Shown here: positions 26,789 through 38,700 of the stretch, piece after piece | Layout: each line of letters opens with the position of its first letter | How positions within the stretch are numbered: the first letter of the stretch is position 1 | Virus record (IMG/VR): IMGVR_UViG_3300045999_007288 | Span: 10,049-74,048 of that record | DNA from: a virus | Reading direction: 5' to 3' (one strand) | DNA: 64,000 nt | Notes under the pieces: model-generated | What the model was told of the DNA's origin: nothing | The model's input: the letters and a program-made list of their open reading frames with translations, nothing else | Database searches by the model: none | Position numbers and translations under genes: made by a program

Positions 26789-29700
26789 TTACCCTTGCAA
26801 TCCTTGTTTTAAGAAACTAATTGGTAAAGTATTGGCGTTAAACAATCCTTGTCCATTTGTGGCTGTTGTATTTCCTAGCACTCCGGTAGCATTTGCCTGA
26901 GCAGAATTGCCCAAACTGTACCAACTATTGGTTTGTACATAAGCAACATTTGCCTCAAACGTATAGTATGTAGTGAATCTTTCGTTTGTTAGAGTTGCCG
27001 AAGAGTTACTGCTGATATAGGCAGAAGTATTACTTACTACATTACTAATAGTGCCTATTAAGTTTCCACCATTATCGTATAAATCATTGCCAACATTTAA
27101 TTCGGCTAAGAATATTGTACCATTTCCGGTAACAATATTACTGCTGTTATTTGCTGTAATATTTCCCGTATATCGAACGGTGACATTAGATATGTTTGCA
27201 GCTACAAAATACGGTGTATTATTCGCAGAAATATATGCCCATTCAACCGGGATTCCTTCTGGTGCATTTGGATTTCTCTTTGTAACTTGTAATAGTGCAA
27301 CTGTATCACTTAATACACTGCTGATAGTACCTATTAACTGTTGACCAGTAAAAGTAGAACTTGTACTAGAATTTCCCAAAGTTGACTCTACTGCATTTTC
27401 TTCATTAGTACCGGCAAATATTTGTGTCCCTGGAGTTAACGTAGTGAATGTAGTGCCCACACCTTCTAATGTACTACTGTAAACATTTACATTAATTGTA
27501 CCAGGTCCCTGCGATCTTGCATACCAAACATAATTTCCAGACTCAGGTATTACTTGATTCTGACTTCCGTCAAGTACCACATTACCTGTAAAATGATTTT
27601 TAGCTCCGGTGCCGCCGGTTCCTCTGCGAATTCTTCCCAAAGTATTAGTTGATAAGTCTTTAGAATAATAAGTAATTCTTTCACCGTTAATATATACAAC
27701 CCCAGGTTGCCCTCCGTTGGGAGACGGAGTGGCTAACTTACTGGCATCTGTTACTTGAATAGTAGTGTCCGTCAAACTTAAATTTGCGGCCAATGTAGTG
27801 GTACTTGCACCATCCTCTCTGAGATATGTAAAGTTATCATTCATATCTTTAAAGATTCGGTAAGACATCATCGGCCATGCATTTCCGTTTGGAGAAACGC
27901 TTAATTTCATTATCGCCGTAGCAATTATCGGAGATGTATTGGCTCCTGTTATTATTACTTCGGGTGTAGTATCATATCCTCCACCATTATTAACTACTTG
28001 GAATGATACCGCAGATCCGTTTGAGTTCAATATTACCTGTGCTTGTGCTTGTGTAAAATATGAACCGCCTGTTAACGTTACACCGATGTCTGATGGAGAA
28101 TATCCGCTTCCTGGATCAATAATTTGTATATAATCAAGTTGTATTCCCCCAGCTGTCGACCAGTTAGTATAATAACTAGCAGTAGGATCCGTTGCTATGG
28201 TAGTAACCGTCATATCTAAAGTATCATATACTCTTCCGGGAACCATTTCTTCGGGAGCATGACTTGCATATGGCCCTACATTATAAATGGTTAAATTGGC
28301 TGTAGAAAATACATTTCCTGTAGTAGTTGGTGTAACCACATACCATACTTTATCGTTATAAGAAATTAAATCGCCTTTGTCATAATAACTATTAGCTTTC
28401 CACTCAGTGAAGTAACTATAAACAAAAGGTCCCCCATCAACAATAATGTCTTCGGGTTTTGTCCCTAAGGTGATATCATCGAAAGTGCTGGTTATTTTAG
28501 CATCTAAGATGGCATCACTTAAAATAGGAATTCCGTTTTCATCAAATTCCAAAGGATCGAATAGAGTAGCATCAAAACCATCAGCAGCACTAATGCCAGG
28601 TAGCGGGGGCTCAGGACCTGATCCGCCGAATCCTCCGTTATCGCTGAATGTTGGGCCTTCTACTTTTACCCCGGGATAATCGATGCCTGATTGCAATAAT
28701 GACAAATCTTTTCCAGGCTGTCCTAATTCGGGCTGATAATACGCTTGAATTCTATCATTTGCATTGTTAATATTATCAATAGGATAAACTGTTAAAAAAC
28801 TAAGAACATTCGAATTGAATGTTGTAGGCGAAGTAAATGTCTGATTTACGATGTACGCAACACCGGCGTAATCAATTATTGTACCTTGTGTGAACGTAGT
28901 TTCTGGTTTCCAATCTACGATTGTAGTAGAATATGTATATCTGTCATACACCAGAGTAGTTTTAACATTTCGGACTAATCCATTAACTAAATTAGCTCTG
29001 GCGATAGCTCCTGTACCGTTACCGCCGTCTATAGTAACCACTGGCGTTGTAACATAATCACTGCCGGGGTATAGTAATATTATTTTTGTTAGCACTCCGT
29101 CAGTTATTAGTGCCCGGGCAACTGCATTGTTTCCGTTCCTACTGCCTGTAATTGTAATAATTGGAGGTAAGGTATAACCTGAGCCGCCATCTATTATATC
29201 TATAGAAGAGATACTGTAAGCATAATTAGATAACCAATTGGCATATTCAGGTTGTTGTAACAATCTTGCATCTTGAATAAATTCGCCGCTGGGACTTCTT
29301 GTAGTTTTTAATACACTATCGTAAGTCGGCGGAACATCAAAGTCAGACACATAACTGTTATAGTTGTCATAACCCTGATAGTCTACTACATACTCTCGAA
29401 GAGTAGTTTTGTAAGGTTTAACTTCCTCTATGTATTGTTTATAGAATTCTTGATTTTCTTTGATATAGATTGCAGGTTGATTTAATCCCTGTATCTTTTG
29501 CAATACATTAATAAAACTAGTTTTAAATAACCAATCCACATACTTTTGTTCATCTAGTATATAATTAATGAATACAAAGAATAAATTTAAGAATTCAGAA
29601 TCAAGTTGATCAATAAAAATATCATCTTTAAGAGTTTGAATAATCTGTCGAGTTTCGATTCCAGGGTTTTGGTCAAATCTTGTAGTGTCAAAATTATCTG

Positions 29701-32700
29701 CGTCAAAACCAAGCCCAAATTCTTCTAGTGCGTAAAGATTTTTCTTAAGTTCAATGGTACCATCTTGAATCCCGACCGTGACCACGGTGTTAGGATATAC
29801 CTGAATTAAGAACCATTTGCCTTGACCATTGTTATTAATTTTAACAAGATCTTTTGATCTTAGAGTCAAATCATTTAATTGAGCACTAGTTTCAATGATA
29901 TAAGTTGGTTTGACTGTTCTATCAAACCCTTGAGCATACCAATCTTTATATTGCCAGTATTCACTGGTTGCATAACTTTGTACTCTATTTAAATTCCATT
30001 CATTTTGTACTTGATAGTAAGTATAATCGTTTACATCAAATGTTGCACCAGTTGTAATAGTTTGATTTACAGTATACGTGATGCCGTTATAGTTGACGAT
30101 TGTATTTGTTAAATATCGAGTGTTTGGTTGCCAATTGTCGACTACGCCATCTTTAATATAGATAGTCCATAAATTATCCACAGAACTATCACTCTGGACT
30201 AATACCTTGTAGCCCATTGGTAGAATTTCAATATTTACATAACTTAATTCTTCAAGGTTAGCTACTTTTAAATCATAAGCTCCAGAATTAGGAGTTGGTT
30301 CAGGCTCACCTTCGCTTAGTCTAGTTAAATCATAACCTTGACTAATAACATTTAAGTCAAAGATAGAATTAACATAGAGAACCATTTCTCGAATAGCTTC
30401 ATTTCTATTAATGAACATACTTTGTCGAGGCCTGATATCAATGCCATATCTATTTTGCACTGCAAGTGTTGGGTCTGGAACCGGATTACCAAATCTATCA
30501 ATCCCGCTGGCACTATCTAATAATTTATTGTATATATTATTTGGAATATTTTCAGACTTGTTATTAGTGGCCGATAACAATGCATATTCATTATGAATGA
30601 TGTTACTGTTTAACAATTTTGCATAATCTAAATGAAATATGATATCCCTGCCCACTGCTTCGTTGACCATATTATAAAGAGCAATCGAATCGTTTCTCAC
30701 TGCGGCAAAATATTTCACTCCGCTATTTTTAGGAGACTCAATATAACTTGCAACAGTCGTGGTAGGAATAGTTCTTCCAAATTGATTAGTGGACACAGTT
30801 GTTTTATTTTTTACCCAGAAATAATATTTCACTGTGGCAAAATTTGTAGCAGGATCTACGTAGGTTAGTGTTACGTATGCACCATTACCGTTGTATTTGG
30901 GTTCTCCATCCCCGCCGTTTGCAACATACTGACTAGGGGGGTATAAACTTTCTACCCATTCGTAGACGTCTATGCTACTGCCTGGAAATACTCGTCCCCA
31001 GTTTGTGGTTCTGTACTTAATACTACCTTGCTCATAATCAATATACCTAACGGTGCTTAAATCCCACCACAATTGTCCTACTTGTTGGTCAGTCCAATAA
31101 AGGTTATTGTTAACACTTACATTGTCGACACTAGCATTGTTGTAGATAGCAGGATCATAATCAATTTTATAAGTAAGTTCCTGCTCAGCTAGGCCAAGAA
31201 TTTTACCTTTTGCTGGATCAATATAATCTAAGTTATATTGAACTGTTTGTGTTAGTGCATTATAGGTATATGACTTAATAATACCATTAATATCAACAGT
31301 AGGTTCTTGACTTCTAAGTACATCCCACCCTAATAGATTTGTTGGGTTAGCAAATTTATAAACTCTTCCACCATTGAATGCTAACTGTTTGTTATTCTTA
31401 GATCCAACAATCAACTCATATTTACTAATAGATATAGCACTACCAAATCTATCATTTGTTTTTAATCCATCGTTTGTAGTGGTAGGAGTTAACTGCTGTA
31501 TGAAAGTAAATATACCAGGAAATTCTATAGTAGATACATTATTTGGCAAATATGAATAAATCCAAACTGCACCGCTGTCATCTACAGGTTCACTGAAGAT
31601 CGTCAATTCTCCGTCAAACGTCGTAGGACTTGGTGTGTACGTCTTAGAGTTATCAAAAACAGTAGATTGCAATGTTGCTGCAATGTCACTGGCCACCACT
31701 AGTATATCACTGTTGTTGTTTACTTTGACAAGTTTTCCAAAGTAATCATATGATTTAGTTGAATTATTATAAATGATATCCACTTCGGGGAAAATATCTA
31801 GTCCTAAATCTGAAATTGCCGTTCCTACGCCGGGCAATATATTCAATTTGTCAAATGTAACTTCCGAATCACTGACTAATTTTAATTTATTATTTTCAAT
31901 ACTTGCGGTAACACCTGGAATCTTAGGACCAATAGGTTCACCGAGTGCATTTACATTGTTAATAGCATTAACTACACTTGACAATGATGTGTCGGTGAAT
32001 TGTACGGCGTAATTATTAATTCTAATAGAATCTCCACTATTTACTATAGCGTTAGCTTTAGTTCCTACTATTTCACCGTATACCTTTCCCTGATTCAGGA
32101 ATCGATATACTGCCCCGTTATATAAATTGACCTGAGATTGATAAGGAGCCCCTGTATATAAACTACAACTGTTTGTGCATATATCAACACTATAACCAAA
32201 TTGTTGATCAGTGTATGGCTGCTTTGGTACTATAGTTTGAATTGGATGAAATACATTTGTTTCTATAGTTAATATTTTACTTTGTCCAGGTGGGCTGTAA
32301 AATGTTATTAAATTCAGTGTACTGTTACTGACATACCAGTCTATCCCGACAAATTTTTCTATGTTATCAATATATACTCTTGTATAATTGGTAATAGGTG
32401 CAATGGCGTCGAATGTAACAGTAAACTCATCTTGAACAATAAAATTATTAATTGATCTGTTCCATAAATGTATTGCACCAGAACCTGTATATGTGGTAAT
32501 ATTACCACTGATATTGGCTGTTACATCTTCTAAAGGGGCACCAATCATGATTTGCGACCCGTCGACGGTAGCACTTAAACTATAACCAAATTGGCTACCT
32601 GCATTGCCTGAAATTGTTCCTACTAGATTATAACCTGGCCCTTGGGAAATAATTATTGTTCCTGCAGGCGGCGGTGACGTAAATGTAATAGTCGACGAAC

Positions 32701-35700
32701 TTACAGTATAATCCCTGTGGGGAACATATGTTGCCGACGATCCTTGAACATAAATGGTTTCTGCACTCACTGGGACATATGGCAGAGTAAACGAACTAAC
32801 TGATCCGTTTGGAGTTAATGTTACTACGTCTTGATCAGGCACAGTGTTATCATACCCATATATGTAAACAATATCGTCATCTGGGGCGCCAATATATAAC
32901 CAGTTATCATCTGCGCTAATAGCAATACTAGTTCCAAAACTCCCAATGTTACTGCTGGCCGGCGACAGTATTTGTACGTCAGACAATGTTCCGATGTTTT
33001 CTCTTTCGTATATAAAAACATAACCGATACCATTACCGCTGGATGGTGCTCCTGTTATTACCTTAGCATTTCCACTTTCGATAACAGACCCCAATCCAAC
33101 TGTAGCATTTGCGCTGGAAGTAAGAGTCACATCTTCTACTAGAATTCCGTTAAAGTTAATTACATAGTTAGTAATAGCACCAACATTACCATTGTATCCA
33201 GGTTGACCGATTACTGCAAAATTATCGTCGCTTGCAAGATTTACTGCTGCACCAAATTGAAAATTATTTTCTAATGTTCCTTTTTGTAATGCTGTAGTTA
33301 ATTTCCATGGATTTGTTTTATTATAAACTGCCCAATCACTATTAGAATTATAAGAATTTACCCATACTTTATTGTTAACACTCCATCCCAGTCTCGGAGT
33401 TAATTCGGTAATACCGAGAGGATTTTCAGTTTTCATACTGATTAATTTATACAACTGGCCAGTCTGGTTAAATGTGCTAAATCCTCTGAGATCACCCGTA
33501 AATTCAATTATAAAACTAGTTAATCCAACAATACTTTGAACTTTATAAAATCCAGTAAATTTGTCTACTCCAGTTAATAAAATGGTATCGTTTTTTACTA
33601 ACCCGTGTGATTTGTTAGTAGTTACCTGAACTCTTGTATTCAGTGCATTGCTTAAACTTATAACATTGGATTCAGAATCTGATACTCTGTACACATTCCA
33701 ATTTTGTTCATAATCTTTTGCTATCCAGATTGTCGATCCAGCAGTTATATTAGATATGTCTACATTTAATGTAGAAACATTGGTTAAATCAAATAGTGTA
33801 AAGTCGATGTCGTCGACGCTAACATAACCCGCAGTTTGAATGTCATCGCTGTAATCGCTATCAATTGTCCTGTTTATTAAAAATGGTGGCGACCATGGAA
33901 CTACACTAGTTTTATACAGTCCTTGACTATCATTGTAAAGAGAGCTAAACAATACAGAATTATTCGATCGAACTTCTAAGCTAGTGGGATTGCTTAATAC
34001 GTATCTTTCGTCAAGGACCAATTCTATAGATTGATTTGTTCCAGTACTGCCATAAGATCCAACTCTAAATGCCCAATCTTCGCTGATAGTCACATCGCTT
34101 GGACGACCGCTGAAGCTAACTTTACCTAAGGCATTAATAGCATTTAACGTGCCTTTTTCTTTAATGAATCCTTGATAGAATTTAACTTGGCTAGTATCAT
34201 CTAGACCTAAATCATTTAAATAATTTCTATTTCTATAACCAATTAGCCCCAAAGCGTACTGATCGAATTCGCTTTCCAAATTGACTCTATCAACATTATA
34301 AAATGTTTCCCCAATGCCTGCATTTCGAGCAAAGTTGTTTAATAATCCTGTTCTAATTTTATTCTTATCTACAGGCAACCAATCACTGAATTTAAACTCA
34401 GTTGACCCTGGCAGATTTTTACTAGCAGTATAATAAAAACTCTTGTATTCAACTAAGTCGCCTTGTAAATAATCTTTATTTTGTCTCCAAGCAGCTACAC
34501 CTGGTTGGTTGTAAATAAATCCTGATGCAGATAATGTTCCAGTCCACTCCCCTGTTTTAGAACCGATAAGTTTTAAACGATACTGGCGTTGTCCCATTAT
34601 AGGATCGTATATAATGTCATTGAACTGTGTCTTATTATCAAAAATTAAAACATGTTCGTATTGTACCAAATTAAGGTCCACATATCCTATTAGGTCTGTG
34701 GTACTAGTTAATGATAGAGCAAATGTGTTATTATCTCTGGTTACAGTATAATTGTCTGTATTCAAAACTTTATAGTTTTGATTTAACACTTTCGTGCCGT
34801 AGAATGTATTATTGATTCCATCCACTACAGCGGTGTTATTGAATAATTTTAAATTATTAGACGCAGGACTTAATACAATAACACTGTTATTTGTCCATCC
34901 TTGCTGTACCCAGAATAAAAATTCTTTAGTGCTTAATTGCCAATTTTTAATTTGGGCCAGTGTTTCGTCATAGTACTCAAATTTAAAACCTTGCAATTGC
35001 AAATACTGTTCGTATCCACTTATAAAGTTTGCAACTTGTTGTAAGGTAGTTAGTTCAGTACCGTATGGTATATTAATTTTAAAATTCGTAAATTCATTGA
35101 AGTACTTTACAGTTTGCCCTTCTGATGTAACTAGTAGATAATCGCCAGTCTGCGAAGGTGGAACAATTGTAAAATACGGCCTTGCGCTATCATATCCAGA
35201 AATAGTAAAGCCGTTGCCAGTTTTTTCTATGATCACAGCACTATACCTAGAATTAAAAACAGGAGTAGACTTGTTTAATATTAACGCATAGTTATCATCT
35301 GGAATAATAATAGTTTCATTAGTGCTGTTTGGACTATTTTGTTCAGCTAATATTTTTAAATAATTTTTGCCGCTGAACCCTGCCATTCTATAAGACAATT
35401 GAATAGAATAGTCTCTAACAAAATTTAACAATGGAGTTTTGTTTGTTGCTCCACGAGTTACTTGATAATCACTGATCCAATTTAAATACCCTGAAGATCT
35501 GGATATATCCCCTGAAGAGTTCACATACCCATTAACGTCGATATCTTCCTGTGTAATTCTGTTATTTGTCCCTGTTATCAAATATTGATCTAAATCAGGG
35601 TTGTATCGATATTTGTTTGTTGTAATACCGTATGCAAAATATTTTCCAGGATTAATTATTGCAGCAGTATATTGCACTGCAAACGGATATTCACTGCTAT

Positions 35701-38700
35701 TTCTCCAAGCAGTTTCAACTGGACTGAACTGTCCCATATTCCAATTGTCATTGAACTGAGTGGAATCATACTTATTAGTTAAAAGACCGATAGGTGGCAA
35801 CAATTGTCCGTTTTCATTTACTGGAATAAATTTACTTAGGCCTGGTCTCGCAAATTTTTGGTCGGTACCAACCCTAGGCCCGGCCGCAATATATCCGGCT
35901 TCTAAATCGTCCCATAAAATTTTATTACCCGAGGTATAAGGAGCAGGACCGTAAGTAGATCTCCACCAGTCTGGTTCTTCACTGAATCCCAGCATTTCCC
36001 AAGGTGAAGTATTGGGGCGTTGAGTATCATAAAAATACTGAAAACATGCACGCCAAGAACCAGGTAGAATTTGACCATCAACAATGTCTAACGCAGTACT
36101 GTAATTATAACTAAAAGGTGCATCATTTTGATACGTAGTATTCTCTACATAATTTAAATTATTAACACTGGCCCATTGCAGATAAAAGCGAGATAATAAA
36201 TTATTATACTGGGATATCGTAAATCCAGTATCTCTAAATTTGCCCGGAATAGAATCGTAAGGAGATACTAATTTATTGCTATATTGAACTTTAATATTGT
36301 TGTATATACGCTTTTCTAATTCTAAAACAATGTTATCTCTAAAATCACCGAAGCTAGGCGTTAGACTACCGTCATGACCTCTGATCATAAGTTGAGGTTC
36401 TGTATATGTTATGTCAGTATAAATTGCTGGTGTAAATTTTGGATAAAGTCCTAATTTTGAAGGTGTTTCAGGAATCCAATTACCGTCTGTGTCTTGATAT
36501 TCAACAATAGTAAGAGTGTTACCAACTGCTAATGTTATATTGTTTTTAATACCGACACCAGGGCCTGTTACTAAAAATTCATAATCACGTCCGTATAATA
36601 GTTGACTGCCGTTCAAATAAATTAAAATAGACTTGTTGCTTAATGTTTCATTTGAAAAGATAGTTGTAATTTCATAATTACGTTGTTGCGGATTAAAAAT
36701 GTTGTATGTGATTACATTTTTATTATCTCCGTACGGTACCATGTCACTGTAGTACCATGGAAAAGTTTTATCTTTAACTGAATTTATTTGTTTAATAATG
36801 TAGTCTACTGCTCCAACAGGATCACTAGGGTTAATCTGATTGCTGTTACTAGCAATGTTTATAAACTTATTTTTAAATCTTGTATATTCTTGTTGAGCAT
36901 TAATTAATCCAGATGCAAAATTATACTTTTCATCGCTTAAGAACATGGCAGCAAAGCTAACTGGTGCGCTTTGCTGCAACATAGTACCAGACTGATTTTC
37001 GATGTACAAATCTCTAAGATTACTCACCCCAGGATAATTTCCAACAAAATATAAACTATTTCTACTCAATGAACCTATGTGGTTACGTAGTTCTCCCAAT
37101 GTTGGACTTGCTAGCGTCCTATTCTGTGCATTTAAATTTAAATTATCGGGTATTTGATAAAATCCAAGATTGCTGGTATTTTTACTGTAGACAAGAATAT
37201 CAATTCTATCATTTATTTGTAGTTTATTTCTTTTTATAACAATTAAAATGCCATCTGGTACAGTATATGCCAAATAATCGTTAATTGATATTTCTTTAAA
37301 ATTGACATAGACCAACAAGTTAGGTTTAACAGTTGCCACTTCTGGAGTGACGTCGATTTTGAATGTGTTATCTATACCATCATACGTAAATGGTATATCT
37401 TGCATTTGTCTAGTGTTAGTATTAACATTAGTCCATACATTAAGTTTGGTAATACTAGCATCTGCATTGTTTTTATACAGCAAACCTGAATCTATTTTTT
37501 TAGTATACACAACTTTGTCGATTCCGTAACTGAACGACTCGACATCGAAATTATTTTCGAACTGTATATCACCAATATTATTAAAATTTTTATAGCTTAA
37601 AGGAAACCCAAGCACCGGGTCAGGTGTACCGGTACCAAGTTTATAACTAAAAATCTTTGTGCCCAAAAATTGAGTAGCCGAGTTAATAACTGGATATTTT
37701 ATTTGATTAGAAAAACTAATTCCGTCAGTGTCAAATACATCAAATAACGGTGGTTGATTTATGCTAGTTTTACTCTGACCTTCGACCCAACTGTCACCTA
37801 GAAAGTAAAAACTTTTACCGTTATTAACTACACCATTAAAAACACTGACCGTATTAAATTCTTCTATTACGTCCACTTGAATTAAATGAATTATGTCTGA
37901 GCCTAACGGGTTACCAGATACATTTTCCAGCGTCACTTCCCAAATTTTATTTCTTACAAATGGATCTTGATCAGCAGCAAAGATTACACGCATTCCTTGC
38001 ACTAGATTAATACCGTCCACGAAAATAGAAGTTTTACCTTCAATTGATAAAAATGCATTTGTGTAGACTGTATCAAATATATCAACCGGCGGCTTGGCTG
38101 TTTTTCCAAAATTAATTAACTGTAAATCTGCATCAAATTCAATTATGGGCCTTTTCGCTCGCTGTTCTGAATCAAAAATTTGCGGAGTATTATTGTATAA
38201 ACTAGTTAATTCAATAATGTCTTTATGAAACCAACGATTTCTTCTGGTCCACGGATTAAGATCCCTACTAGCTCTACTGATTACAATATAGTCAGGCGTA
38301 GACAAACTGGTATTGGTGTCTATGCTTGTACTTCCATAAAATGCTCTGCCAATTATATAAGGATAAATTGGAGATCCGTTGCTGGCCTGTGTTGTAAAAT
38401 ATGCATAAGTTCCATTTGGAAATTCTGGTGTTACACAAAAGCGGCCATTATACTGATCCAATGTGCCACTGCCTTCTACATAAGAATAATCTTCGATGAA
38501 GGCTCCTGCTAAAAATTCAAATGTTAAAGTTGTACCAGCTGTTAATGTAACATTGCTGCTTAATTGCACTTGGCTGGCTGTGCCCGAGAACGGCGACAAT
38601 CCTGTTGCTGTTTTTAGACCGTTATTGATAATCCATACACTGCCAGACTCAAGCCCACCAGAGTTAACTGTTACTCTCATGCCAGGATTTAATCCATTCG